A stretch of DNA of 64,000 bases, taken from the NCBI RefSeq assembly GCF_018977255.1, contig NW_024704742.1:60762001-60826000 (forward strand), in the 5' to 3' direction. A program made the position numbers and the translations under genes. The notes beneath the pieces were generated by a model. That model was not told where the DNA came from, searched no databases, and worked only from the letters and a program-made list of their open reading frames with translations. Position 1 is the first letter of the stretch. Each line of letters opens with the position of its first letter. This DNA comes from Callorhinchus milii (lineage: Eukaryota). Positions 37,211 to 50,880 of this stretch are shown piece by piece.

Positions 37211-39520
37211 GTAAGTTGTAACTTTGAAGAATTACATTCTTGCCATTTTGAAGGAGAAAAAAANTGAGCGGATTGTCAAATGTTATTACTTCTCAATGTT
37301 TAATTTCAAAAAGCATCTAGATAATTCAATAAAATTTAAATAAAGAAATGTCCGGCTACAGGAAGAGCTTACAGGAATTTATTGCAAGGATCGTCAAATT
37401 CTAAATGGGAATGTCTGCCTGTCCCTTCCTGAACTTATTCCCTCAATCTGGAATTCAACAAGGGATGCTAACTGGAATTTTACAACTTCTATTCATTTCA
37501 ATCTTATTTTGTCTTTGTGAGGCTCATTGCTCCACATAGACTGCAATCACTGTCTTACACTCTGCAATAAGTGGCATTATTAGTGACTTAGCAGTAATTT
37601 CATTTAAAATTGGAACACAAAGTTTCTAGTAACATCTACAAAAGTAGACTCAAATCCTCTGATATTGAGCTGCATTAACTGGAGCTCCCCTTTTAAGTTG
37701 CTGGCTCTCAGCACATCAGCACCATAGCCATAATGTCCTTGTATTTGCACAAAGCTATGTTTCCAGGAATGTCAGGCAATGTGCAACTGATGATGTCAGT
37801 GGCTTAGCACATGTGTAAAAGTTTGAATTTTGAAGGAGTTTTATTATATGGATGCCAGGTGCTACTGTGCTTTACACTCAGAAAGAAAGAATTGACATTT
37901 TTGAAACATCTTATCTCAAAACACTTACTGTCTAGGGTAATGGCGATCTTTCTAGACAAAGTAGCTAAGTGCATCCCACAAACAGCCACGTGGTGAATGA
38001 CCCACTAATCTGGAAGTCCAATCAAAGACACTCATGGGCAGGGGGGTGTTGTTGAAGAAGAGAAGTAGTTGTGAATTGTGTCCCTCTTCAATTTATTTTT
38101 GGGAAAAACCTTTTTGCTAGAAATATGGGTATACTTAATGCTTAGATTAATTCAGGAAAATAATTAGCAGAGTTTACGTTAGCATTAGGGGATAGGAGTT
38201 CCCCGTGTCTGAGGTCTGATTGAAACTTCAAATGCCATTGCACAATAGTGGAGATATCCGAAACAGTTTACAAAGATAGGTAGGTTTACCAAAGGTGGTG
38301 CACACACCCAAATCAGCACAAGCCATGGGCATAGCCACCGAGAAAGTTTCAAAGGAGAACGTGAGGTGTACACATGAGTTCTTACCTTGCAGAATAAGTC
38401 AGAATTGGTTCGATTTGAGGGATCCACAAAAGGACTCTCAAACATCAAAGCCTATATATTACCAGGATGTGTCTCAACAGGTCTCCATTTAGATATTGAT
38501 CTCCCAATAAGCTTCCTTTGGCTGTGATCCAGCTCCATTATTTTTGGTCAACTGGGCATCTGACACACACAGAAACCATGTACTGTAAGAATTTCGAAAC
38601 CAAACTACTTAGAGTTGTACAAACGTATGGAAATTTCCATTTTGTCTGGTGTAAAGTCCGCATTCTCTCCCCAAAGAAACCCACAGATGGATATGAGATT
38701 GGTTTCCGAGCATGTTGGGTGAAGTCACAACTGGGTACTTGCAGGAGTCACTATTTGTAAGTCTCACAAATTATACCCAATTGGAGATAATAGGTGAAAA
38801 AAGGTGGACAAATAACATATTATAATAATAATCCTTCATATAGCACCTATTATGTCTTTGAGATATCACCAAGCGCTCCACAGGATATTTACTTTACATT
38901 GTGGTGACTGTGTACTTGTGGGCAAATGCAGCAGCCAAGTTTGTGCCAAGGAATGTCCCTCAAGCTAATATTCATCCAAATCACATAAGCTCTAAACCCA
39001 GGTGCGATTTATATAATAGAATCTTGATTAATCTTTTGCTGTGTAGCTAATAGTGTGACTTATTCCTATTAAGAAGGATTTTGCAGGTTGGAGAGTCATT
39101 TTTTTAATTAGTTTGTGAATTTGCAATGCTGCAATTTTAGCTAAACTGTTCTTTAATTTTCCTGCTAAGATGTGACAGCCATAGGGACATCCCTTCTAAA
39201 TCTAATAATAATAATTCTTGCATTTGACATAGTGCCTTATCACATCGTCCAGACGTCTTAACACATCATAGGATATTGCAAAAATGATTTTTCTTGAAGA
39301 TCTGACAAATGAAGTCTTTTCAACACTGTGGATCTTTCCGTGAAGAGTGAGCACTACTACCAGACAAACGGAACTCTCCATATATATATATACACATATA
39401 TATATGGAACTCTTGGTAGTTCGGTTTGGAAATTCTTAAGCAAGGTGTTGAATCTTTATTTGTATCATGATGTGATTGAATGAAAAAAATTGTAGGTCCA
39501 CTAAAGCGTTGTGACCCCCT

Positions 39521-40122
39521 TACAACAACAACAACAACAGCAAAATTACATTTATAGAGTGCCTTTCACGTCGCGAGGATGTCCCAAAGTGCTGAACAGT
39601 CGGGTGTCGGGGCCTGATCATGGGGGAGGGATGGTGTAGGGATGAGGGAAGGCAGAGAGGTGGGAGGGCGACCAAAGGCACGATCGAAGAGAAGGTTCTT
39701 GAGACCAGCCTTGAAGGAGGCAAGGGAGGAAGTGAGGCAAAGGGACCATGGGATGGAGCTCCAGAGTGTGGGGGTAGAGAGGCTGAAAGCCTAGCCATCG
39801 ATGGTAGGGCTGGTTGGGTGGGAGACATGGAGCAGACCGGAGCTCGCTGAACTGAGTGAGCGGGCAGGTTGTTAGGGAGTCAGCAGGTCAGAGAGGTAGG
39901 AGGGGGCAAGGCCATGGATGGCCTTGAAACTGAGGATGAGGATCTTGAATTCGATCCTCTGGGGGATGGGGAGACAGTGGAGTCGGGCAAGGGTGGGAGT
40001 GATGGGGTCACGGAGCCTGGTGCGTGAGAGTACACGAGTTTTCGGATGATCTGCAGCTTGTGAAGGGAAGAGTTGGGAAGGCCAATGAGGAGGGAGTTCC
40101 TGTAGTCGAGCCTTGATGTGAC
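39521..40122 (-). mobile_element. L2 LINE 3' fragment
   Basis: (CAA)n at 39522-39539, then sequence paralleling 2911-3570 (gaggatgaggatcttgaattcgatcctctgggggatggggag). Confidence 0.9.
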
Positions 40123-41992
40123 TTAGTCTCCCTTAGTCAGACCTCTTATCATTCATAACCTGAACTTTTCTATCCATTCCAACCTGTTAATAATCTAGCA
40201 ATGCTGCATCTATTTATTTATATTTCCATCTACAGCAGGTCATCTAGTTGTGACAGCTATTAATATATGTACTTGACAAGCAATTGCTACAGAACAAATT
40301 AGGACATTGTAGCCATTGCTCTTTCCAAGTATGCAAAATACCATTCAGGATATAAGCAGAAACTGAACAGATAAAATATAACAGTTAAATATTATGTGTT
40401 AAATATAACATATCAAATATTGGTGGTTATCATTACAATTCCTCAACTCCGGCAAAGCCTATATTAATCCTAAACCAGCCGAGAGTGGCAGCTACAATAA
40501 CCTTCATTCTTGAATATTTTGTTATTATACTGCTATTTGCTGGAATAATATCAGATATAATAAATACGATCTCCAGGTTCAAATTTCACAAATTGCTTTC
40601 TTTCTACATTGTTCAGCTATAAATAACTATTGAAAATAGTGATCTTGGTTTAGATACAACTGTATGCATGCAGTGTGATCGAAAATACAATATTTGCAGC
40701 CAGATTGAGTTGAGCTAATTGCAAACTTACAGTTTGTGATTTCTGATTTTGAGATTCAAAATTCGTTCGAATTCTGAAAGTTGGCAAAGGCACTTTGCTT
40801 TCATTTTTTTCAGCCACTTAATAGTATGGGAAGTTCAACACAAGGCCATACAAGCTTCTAAAAGTCTGTGTTTTATTATTGAATCTGAATATAATTGTGA
40901 ATCGCGAAGTAGATTGTTGGCATAAACGCAATGAACCCGGCGTGCGAATAGACAAATCAGCAATTGTAAAGGCATATATTTGTGGAGTTTATATTTCAAA
41001 TCTTCCCTCAAACTTCACTTTCCATCTTTGCCCACCTCCATCTCAGGGCAAACTGGTGCCTTGAGGAGTCCTCCGGACATGCAAGATGCTATATAAAAGT
41101 AAATTTATGTTATATTGTAAACCCAAAAAAGGAAAAATATAACCTTAATATTCTAATTACGAATAAACAAATTATCTGTATTGTTTTGCTGGCTAACTGT
41201 TGCTATGGTGAAGTGTGCACGGTCTGAGATGTGATATAATTACAGCCATGCTTGGAAGACTATGATTGACCCAGGAAGAACAAGAGGAAGAAAAGAGAGT
41301 TAATTTTTGCTATAAGGATCTCCAGCTATAGGTAGAGAGTATTTTAGAATCTGGCCAAAATAACTGCCTGTTTCTGTGGCTCCTCTTATTGCCAGATATC
41401 CAGAACCAATCCTTTATTTCAAAATTTAAGAAATGTTCAGACTTGCTATTTCAATAATACATACCATCTAAGCAGATTATCACCAGAGAGCAATGGACAT
41501 AATTTTACTACAGTTCATCAAAGAAAAAGCACACCAAGTGGAATGATTATTCACTTATTATAGGAAATTGTAGTTGCTATTCTGTTATTCTGCATTATTG
41601 ACTGATACTATACTGATAATTGCAATTGGTACATCTGAATATTTTATTAGATTAGCTAGTAAAACCTGATTCTTACATCATATTGACACCCAATTATTTT
41701 ATGGGGGTCTGTAACATTATTACAAACAAAACCACTGGAAACAAAGGAGGTTCAAAGGCATTATGAAAGAGTTTGACTGCTGTCCTGTGAAGTGACACTG
41801 AAATACCTTACTCTGCAGGCAGCGAAAACAATCATGTCAAACCATTGTACCAAAGTCAGGGAATGTATACACCTGAGAAAAGAAAATTAATTAACAGCAG
41901 CTTTAAACTGCGCTTTCCAGCAAAGTGACAATTATAACAAAGTGAATTATCTTATAAGAAGCCTGAATTTTCTCAGCGTCTTACGCCATCAG

Positions 41993-42168
41993 AAACATTT
42001 TGTTTAGAAAATTTTAGGATTGTGCCAATTGTGGAAAATTCTTAAGTTCAGTCTCGATTTGTAAAGTAGTTCTTTTTAAGAAGTGCAAAACCTTGGCATC
42101 TAAATTAAGACTGAGTTTCAGAATTTTCCACAACTCTGGCAATCTTAAATGTTAAAGCAAAATGGTTT
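41993..42168. repeat. AT-rich foldback (MITE-like) element
   Basis: Left arm aaacattttgtttagaaaattttaggattgtgccaattgtggaaaattcttaagttcagtctcgatttg versus reverse complement of right arm aaaccattttgctttaacatttaagattgccagagttgtggaaaattctgaaactcagtcttaatttag. Confidence 0.75.
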
Positions 42169-42322
42169 TACAGTCTTAGACAAGATGGACTTGTCGCACC
42201 TTTTACTCTGGTATCTTACTTCGAACTACCCTCTGTTGCACGGTAAAGTGAAGGTCACTGATTATTATCAATAAATTGCATCATTCTGAAAGTGTGTGGA
42301 AAAGCAATTTGCAATATAGAAT

Positions 42323-42665
42323 GAGTCCTGTAGCATATTGGTTAGAGCACTCGCTTCACAAAGGAGAGAACCCGGGTTCGAATCCCAGCAGGGTGAAACC
42401 TTGGGCAGTTTTCCTTCCTCCACATGATTCTGTTTACCTGGCAGTAAGTAGGAACCCGGTTGTTAGTCGATTGGCAGAACTCTTTTTGGGGGTAATAATC
42501 CCTTAAAAAAAATGTAATCACAGAATTCACGACTGCTTGTGAGACATTGCCATGGTTTGCCCAAAAATGCGGAGTCAGCTTCCTTTACAATATGTATTCT
42601 GTGAATCGCTTTGAGACATCTCAACAATGTGATAAAGTGCTATATCAAATTTTAGGATTATTATT
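42323..42665 (+). mobile_element. tRNA-derived SINE, long form; ends about 145 bp upstream of VEGFC exon 3
   Basis: gagtcctgtagcatattggttagagcactcgcttcacaa...gggttcgaatccc...ctgtttacctggcagtaagtaggaacccggttgttagtcgattggc...ggattattatt. Confidence 0.88.
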
Positions 42666-42810
42666 AAAATAATTGCTGATGTCTTTCTTATAAATCTACT
42701 GTGGTGAGAGCTTGTATTTTAAAGGAGATTCACTGTATTGGCTTTTCATCTATTTCTAACCCTAGTCATGTTTAACTATTGTTCTGTAATATTTGAATCT
42801 GCCCAATCAG

Positions 42811-43001
42811 GTATTGACATTGAGTGGAAAAAGACTCAGTGCATGCCCAGGGAGGTGTGTTTGGACGTGGGGAAAGAATTTGGGTCACCGACAAACACCA
42901 TCTTTAAACCGTCCTGCGTGTCTATCTACAGATGTGGTGGCTGTTGCAACAGCGAGGGACTAATATGTACGAACACCAGTACTTCGCATGTTCCCAAATC
43001 A
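42811..43001 (+). CDS. VEGFC: VEGF-C coding exon equivalent to human exon 3 (PDGF/VEGF cystine-knot domain)
   Basis: Translates (S)IDIEWKKTQCMPREVCLDVGKEFGSPTNTIFKPSCVSIYRCGGCCNSEGLICTNTSTSHVPKS and contains the PDGF/VEGF signature P-S-C-V-x3-R-C-G-G-C-C. Acceptor cag ends at 42810; donor gtaggt starts at 43002. 191 nt, phase 1 to 0. TQCMPREVC and VGKEFG favour VEGF-C over VEGF-D (TQCSPRETC, VASELG). Confidence 0.97.
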
Positions 43002-44281
43002 GTAGGTATTCTTTTTGACTTTATTTCACAAGACAGTGTAAAATTTGCACAGGACTGTCAATGTGGACCTTGTGGAGTTAATGAATGAGTGCAAAAAGTG
43101 AAATATTATATGCCATGCTAAAAGCCTAGTGAGATGCCATAGGCCTTTTTCCAGTGTTCAAAATGTAATGATAGCAAAGTAAAAACTTAATTTGAGCTTA
43201 TTAATGGGTAAGCTATAGATCAGGGTTAGTTTACTCAGTAAATTCCATCATTTTAGACTGTTTTAAGACCACTACCAATTTATGGCTGTCAAGTGTTGAC
43301 GCAAGTGTAAAAATCGTATGGTGGATTTGGACAACAGGTACAAGGGCAAATATATTCCTTTAACTTAACCATTCTCTTTTCAGCCATATATCTATTGGCC
43401 TTGATCAAAGTGAGTTCCATGTGCAGGTGACTACCTCTTGTCGCATCTTCTTTTACACAGAAATCATTGTGCTCAGAGAGTCACATTCCACACTTTGCAA
43501 CTGGTGTGCCCTTGGGAGGGTGTGTAATGAAGGTATAGACATGCAGTTGGCTTAGAAAAGAGGCATTTCTTAAGCTTAATAGAAAACACCTTACATACAC
43601 TCACGCAATACAGGTAAATGTACTTCACATGTATGTTTACAAATATATTTACTTAAGAAACATTTACATAACAAACTTTTACAACAACAGCAAATTACAT
43701 TTGTATAACGCCTTTCATTCTACTAACATTCCGTGCAAAACTTTGCACATTATCTTCATTTTTCTTTCGTGAGACGTGCCAGACTAGCCCCTGCTCTCCA
43801 TCCAGTTGGAAGCCGCTTGTCCTTTGCTATGACTTGTTTTGCTGGAGCTGCTTGTCATTGGCTGGTTTTGGTTTCTTCTGCCTGCCTGGAGCAGTTATTC
43901 CAAATGGTAGAGCTGATCATGATTGACAACTCCCCTCTCTGTGCAATATTCCTGGGGTTTCCATGATGGTAAATTCCGGTTTTCACCTGTGTTATGCCCT
44001 ATTTTGGCAGATAAAGTACACACAACCATCAAACAACACTTACATACGCTGCTTTTCGTCTTTACCATTTTACCAACAAATACACAAAAGGTCACAGTGC
44101 ACAAGCATAAGCTGTGTGAATATGAGTATTAAGATCCCAAACCCAGCGACAGTGTCTGTTATTCATTTTTTGTTTACTAATCAAAAATGTAATTTAGCTA
44201 CATCTAGATTGCCAATTCACCACATGTGGATAGTGGTTAGCATACTGGACAACCCAGCTATAGAAGCTTTCCATGTGTCTG

Positions 44282-45333
44282 CCAAGTGTGGCGTCTCTCA
44301 GGGCTCTGTCCTCAGTCCCCTCCTCTTCAATCTATACATGCTCCCGCTTGATGATGTCACCCGTAGGCATGAGGTCAATTTCCACTTGTATGCGGATCTC
44401 GCCGCCTCCATCCTTGACTCCAGGACCGTTGATGTCCTGGCTAATTGTCTGTCTGACATCAAGTCCTAGACGAGAGCCAACTTCCTCCAGCTCAATGTTG
44501 ACAAGACAGAGGCCCTCCTCCTTGGCTCCCGGCAGCACCTCCTCACCTCAGCCATTGACACTATCACCATTCATGGCAGCACTCTTCACCTCACCGAAAC
44601 CTTGGTGTCCTTTTCGACCCTCAGCTATCCTTCAAAACCCCACGTTCGTGCCGTGACCCATTGCACCTTTCCACACACCTCCACAACATTGTCTGCCTCC
44701 ACTACTGCCTCTCACTGCAGTCCGCCGAGACCCTGATCCACGCTTTCATTACATCCCGGCTTGACTGCGCCAACTGCCTGCTCACTCGACTTTCCAACTC
44801 TTTCCTCCACCAGCTGCAGATTATTCAGAACTCTGCAGCTCGTGTCCTCTCCCACAGCAGGCTTCACCGCATCACCTCTGTTCTTGCCCGGCTTCACTGG
44901 CTCCCCATTCCTCAGAGAATCGAGTACAAAACCCTCATTGTTACCTTCAAAGCCCTCCATGGTCTTGCTTCCCCCTAGCTCTCCAACCTCATAACCCCAT
45001 ATCAACCTGTCCACTCCCTCCGCTCAGGGGACACCATCCTGCCTGCACTTCCCGCCTCACCAATGTGTGGTTGAGCATTCATCATCTCTGCCCCACACTC
45101 TGGAACTCTAGCCCGCATTCGCTCCACCTTATCCTCTCTCTTTACTCCTTCAAGTCCCGTCTGAAGACCTTCCTCTTTGATCGTGCCTTCAGATACCCTC
45201 CCATCCCTAACCCGCCTGCCCTCCTCCCCTTCTGACCCCAACTGCCAGCTCGGATCCAAAATCTCTGGTTGTCCAGCACCCTGGAACATCTTTCCAACGT
45301 GAAGGGCACTATACAAGTGTAATTTGTTGTTGT
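44282..45333 (+). mobile_element. L2 LINE RT-to-3' remnant
   Basis: [20 protein letters not shown]...FHLYAD and AETLIHAFITSRLDCANCLL...LQIIQNSAARVL...LHWLPIPQRIEYK, with a (TTG)n tail. Confidence 0.93.
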
Positions 45334-47147
45334 TTAACATTGAGAGGACACCTCAAAGTTCTTCACACAATATACTGTAAAGTGACTAGGTACTTTGAAA
45401 ATTTTGTTTTTCTGTTTTCCTTTCTGTTGTTTTTTACTGATGGAAACACTGATCCAGCCAGTGACATCCATTGAAATTTGTTGAAATTCAGTTCTCAGAA
45501 GTATAGCCTGTCTCCACTTGCTTATTGTCTGAAAGGAAACTCATGTCACACTTAAAATCACAATGGGCTCAATTCATGAACACCAACACATCCTGAATAT
45601 ATCAGAATGTGATTAACAATGAAACTGCAAAGTCCTGTAAAGCACAAGTTATGCAGTGGAATGTTAGGGTTGGTGGTTTGTGAAGGAATGGAGTTTACCA
45701 AAAACAGAGCATAGTTTGTAGAAACCACTCTGGACCTTCAACCTATTTCTGACAAAGGCACAACCTAATTGTATACAATTGTACATTTTTAAATGGATCT
45801 GAAAATATCTTCATTTATTGGCACATTTGAGAAACCATGCTGTTGAAAATTATTGTCTGTGATAAATTGGAAAGAAAAATTAAAACAGTCTGTTATCAAC
45901 ATCAGCCTCATTGTTATAGTGGAATGCTCTTAAAATAAACTCATGTTTGATAATCACAGAAATGTAGGCAATAATTTACTTGAGTACAAAGTAGAAGATC
46001 AGTAGACAGTTAAAATATAAAACTAACACACACTGTGCACATACTTGTCTTCATATTTATTCTTGTGTATCATTTTAGGGCATCGGGCCTTGAACTCATA
46101 TAATCCAGGCTGACACTGCAATGCAGTGCTGGGGGTTGCTGCATTATTGGAGGCACCATCTGCATGTTCAGGTGGACATGAAAGATCTCATTGCACTATT
46201 CAAAAAGAGAAGGGAGTTTCTCCTGTTGTCCTGGTGAACAATCCCCAAGATAAAATGGTTACACGCTGCATGGTTGTTCATGGTCATTGCTGTGCGCAAA
46301 TGGGCTGTTGCATTCACCTAGAAATAGAAAGTCAAGACACGATAAAGCAAACAGCATATTGCCCTTTGAGAGGTCCTCCCGACATGAATGGTGCTATACC
46401 AAATGCAAGGATTATTAATTATTATTACCAAATACCGGCACTGTACTTTACAGCATCTTCTAATGTGTTTTGAGATCTTGTCCCGATGTGAAAAAAGCTA
46501 CATTAAATGTAAGGGTTATTAATTAAAATAAAGCTCATGATTTTAAAGCTAAAGAAGTGGCTGCAACAGGAGTTCTTCAGAGAGAAGCAGGAGATAACAG
46601 CACAAGCACATAAATGTATAACAAACTGGTCTTAAACAGTATTCTGATCAGGAAATGAACTATCAGCAAAATGTTTAAAGGAAGAGATGAGGGCAAAGCA
46701 CTCCCCCATTCAGTTTCCTGAAAAAAATGTTCTAAATTTTACTAATTGGTTTGCGTTCATTCAATCCAACTGAACTGCCTAATCCTATACCCCTTCAAGC
46801 CTCAACCCTTGATGTACCTGTCTACATCCCTCCTGAAACACACAACGGACTCTACCGCTACCTTACTTGGCAGGGCAATCAACATCCCAACAACTCAATG
46901 AGTGAAAAAAATGTACCTAAGTGTTGTCAATAGTTACCTGATGACCTAGAACTGGCAACCATTTCTTTTTGCATATCTGTTATAACGGAATTGAATTTTT
47001 TGGACCTGCAACCCATTATGGCCTGACCCTGTATTTGTAGACAAATGCAGCAGCCAGTTTTCCCAAAGCGATGTCCCAGAAACAACAGGCAGTAAATGAT
47101 CGATTCATCTGGAGGACTGTTAGCCAGGACAGCAGGAGAAACATTTA

Positions 47148-47900
47148 TTTGGTCAGTCGGGTTCTGACACATGAGGAAACCCATCACCATGCTCAAGAGT
47201 ATCCAAACCAAACTGAGAATTCTACCTACACATGCAAAACCCAGAGACAGACCGTTAGAATGGAATGCACACTCTCTTCCTGGAGGGACACATCCTGCTT
47301 ACCTAATTCTAGAAAGTATTAGATGCAGGTTGGCAACAGCCAAGACTTGGGGACACCAGAGTGTATGTTGAAGTCTAACCAGCTAAAACCACATAGCTTG
47401 CCATTGATATGACTGTCTGGCAAGCTTTCCCACTGCTTGTTCAGCTACGAACACCCTAATGATTAAGGCTTTGGCTTGCAGGGTTAACATGTGTTAACTG
47501 GAAGGATTCCCTGTCCCCATTGACTGATCTGCTCTTGCAAGTCCTGCTGATGAGCCTGGCTGGCTGTGCTGCCATCAGGAGTGCCGTGGAATGTTGCGGA
47601 CCCGCCTGGCTCAGGAACCGGACTACTGAGACTACCACAGAGGGCTGGCTCAATTCCGATATTCTGTTGCAAAACATGTCACCTTGGAGCCAATTCAGCT
47701 CCGACATGATCCCCCTCCCCCCAGGAGGAGGATATCTGAGAATTCCATGCATGCTACTTGTACATGGAAATTCCAGAGTTCGATTGACCGGCTGTAATCT
47801 AACCAAGTAAAACTGACATTGTACAAATGCGGGTTTAAGCCATCATTAGGTGGATGGCAGGTAACAGGAACTCCTATGAACCTCCCGGTGGGCAACACAG
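47148..47900 (+). repeat. Longest copy of the unclassified interspersed repeat family (right boundary uncertain)
   Basis: Sub-segments recur at 27286, 27620, 28150(-), 30290, 36612(-), 38543, 56460, 59097 and 59545. Confidence 0.65.
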
Positions 47901-48468
47901 CTTAGCATGAAATGTGTGAGAGCATGAGAAAGTCAGATGGTTTTTCACAAAGGTCGGCACCTCTAGATTGTGAGCTAGTGTTTCCAACACTACGTTGTGA
48001 TGTTAGCCTAGATTGTGAGTTCAAAGTGCCCTACATAAGGCTTGAAACCACAACCTTCTGTCCCAGAGCCAAGCATGCCTTTAGCTGAGGCGAGTTGACA
48101 ACGTGGATTTCCAAATATAATAATATATAATAATAATAATTGTTATTATTATAAATATGTGCAAAATAGTAAATCTACAACATTTGAATACATTTCACTC
48201 AGGGGTTTTGGAGCAAATCTTTGTTGTTTAAAAATTCTTCTGAATGGCATCCTTCCTTTGATATACATGCATAGCTGTGAGAAGGAAATACAGTGTATCC
48301 TAGTGACTAAGATAATCTGCAGAGTAAATTCTAAATGTATTGAATTTTAAACAAGGGTTATTTGCCAGTTTGAAAGAATCAAGAGGAAGGATGGTTGGCA
48401 CATCTTTATTTTCCTGTTGCTTTTCCAGTCTTATTTGTATTCTCACTCATTTCTCTCTTGTTTCCCAG

Positions 48469-48620
48469 CTGTTTGAGATTGTGATGCCACTGTCACAAGG
48501 AGCCAAACCCGTAACCATCAGCGTCGCAAATCACACAAGCTGCAGATGTATGTCAAAACTGGATCATTTCAGGCAGATCCACTCCATCATCAGACGTTCT
48601 CTACCTACGTCCCATTCAGA
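48469..48620 (+). CDS. VEGFC: VEGF-C coding exon equivalent to human exon 4 (end of VEGF homology domain, convertase site)
   Basis: Translates LFEIVMPLSQGAKPVTISVANHTSCRCMSKLDHFRQIHSIIRRSLPTSHS(D), with the NHTSCRC motif and HSIIRR|SL furin-type site. Polypyrimidine tract and cag end at 48468; donor gtaagt starts at 48621. 152 nt, phase 0 to 2. Confidence 0.97.
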
Positions 48621-50576
48621 GTAAGTGTCACTTTAGCTGTGGCTATTGGTGCTTGCTGTATATACCTTAAGACAAGTACATCTTGTGGTTTGTGGGGACA
48701 TGGTGTGGTGGGTGGAGAGGGGGACAGGGATGGGTTGTTGCTTGTAGCCAGCATTGATTGGACTTTGCAGCAAAGCATAAAGTGACTTGTCATTTCGGTT
48801 AGCAAAGCGACCTCTATAATCTCATCTCCACAGCCAATGCTGAGAAACCTCTGCGAGTTAAAATTTAGGGAGGAGCTTATCCACAAGAATTCTAAGCTGA
48901 AATCCACGTGACTCCATCTTGTAGAAGTGGGCAGACGACTGCTATGCTTTGCCAGTGTCCCTTTTAAGCAGCCACCATAAGGTGGCTAAATATATATGAT
49001 ACAGCGATTTTCATGTCGGTAGGACGTCTCAAAGCACTTCACAGAATACCCTGCAAAGTGCAGCTAGCGACTTTATATTTTGTGCCTCTCTGTGTGTGTG
49101 TGTGTGTGTTTGTTTGGGTCTCTTTCTGTCTGTGTGCGGTACCAGGCTCTGAGAAGCAGGAGGTGAGCTCCTGTAGCCTCGCAGTCAGGACAACTCATGA
49201 GCTGGTGTTCCCTGTCCCCCAATCCCCAAAATGGGCCACCCCGTTTTTGTTAAAGAAGAAATTGATTTTAAAAAATTGGAACAATATAGTATTTCCTCAT
49301 GTTTAGTTTTTATCAATAAAGTGAAAAAAATATAGGTTGGCAGTAAAATGTACCTCAATAGCACCAACCAACTTCCCTCCATTTTCTGCAAAATTGCAAA
49401 TCTCCCTGCAATTTTCGGCAAAGATGTCCGCACTTTTCTATTGGCCCAGCTTATGACTCAAAGATGAGAGTGCTGCTTACTGAGCAAGCACAAGATCCGT
49501 GCTTTTAGTGTTTCAATAATTATTAAAAACAAATTCCATGGAAGTCTTTTGCCAGAAGATAATGGCTATATAATTGTATGTGTGAAGTTGACACTCAGGC
49601 TGGCACTAGAGATCCCTGTAGAGCTCTACCCTATCATGAGCACATACAAGGAGGCAGGGTAGAAATTAAAAGGAGGAAAAATATCCAAGAAAAAGCCGTA
49701 ACGTGTGGTGTTATAATTATACCCAATTATACTATTCACTCTGCTAAATATTGGGATGTAACCGTTATTAGAATGTATATCAGAAGATCACCAGATTGGT
49801 TCAGATAAAGAAAGCCCTTCAGCCCATTTGATCTCATCCTTCCAGAATATCCACCCTGCTGTCTTCCCAGCACAACATCAAGCTGTTGTGTTCTAAATGA
49901 TCCAGTCTCCTAATCTCTACCACCCTCCCTGGCAACCTGTTTCGCTCATTAATTACCTACTGTGTAAAGAAATACTTTGGCATCTGATTTCATAGTTACC
50001 CCAACTTTGGTATTATCTGAAAGTGCAACCACTTTACACTGGGTTTGTGAATCAAGGTCATTAATATATACAAGGAACAGGAGAGGTCCCAGTACGGACA
50101 CCTGAGGGCACCCTGCTTAGCACCTGAAATTGCCCTTTGAAAGCCTGATCCTCTTGCTCTACTGTCCACAACAACAATTTACATTTATATAATGCCATTC
50201 ACTTCGGGAGGACATCCCAAGGCTCTGTCTTGGTGCATCCAAAATTATTGTTTTGTTTACATTTTTAATCCCATTTAGAATTTTATATTACCTCTATAAG
50301 GTTCTCTGTGAAGCAATCTCATTTCAAGATTGAACACCACTAGCTTGTCTGATTTTTGCTCATGGTTCATTGCTCAAACACATACTTCTCATGCTGGTGG
50401 CTGCTGGCTACAGGCCTGAGAACTGTGATAAATTTAAGGGTGGGGGAAGAGGTAGTAGTTCGATAATCATAGACTGGCCTCAATTATAGCTTTCCATAAC
50501 ATGGTATCACACATCTCAATGTTTAACCTAGAAACAACTATATTTCAAATGTACTAATTTTTTTTATTGGAGTTGA

Positions 50577-50880
50577 CAACGTCAACTTGCATTTATATAG
50601 TGCCCTTTAGGATAACGACTTGGAGTGCTTAACAAAGCTGAGCTTGACCCAATCCACGGAGAAAAGCGACCATATGTACAGTTGAAGAGGAAGGTTTTCA
50701 GGTATGATCTGAAGACAGATAAGGAGGGGGAAAGGTGCAGGAATTGAGGCAGAGAGTTCCAGAGTTTGTAGTGGCTGAAAGCAGGGGTACCAATGGTGGA
50801 GAGGAAGGGCTGAGCAACATGTAGGAGGCTGGAACTAGCTGATCGAAGGAGGTGGGTAGAAGAGTGGAGTGTAAGCAGAA
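50577..50880 (-). mobile_element. L2 LINE 3' end
   Basis: LRSASSSLLHV...TIGTPAFSHYKLWNSLPQFLHLSPSLSVFRSYLKTFLFN. Confidence 0.85.

Noticed and set aside
37264..37264. Single N bases (37264 and 56765)
   Set aside because: Assembly ambiguities after poly-A runs, not biology.
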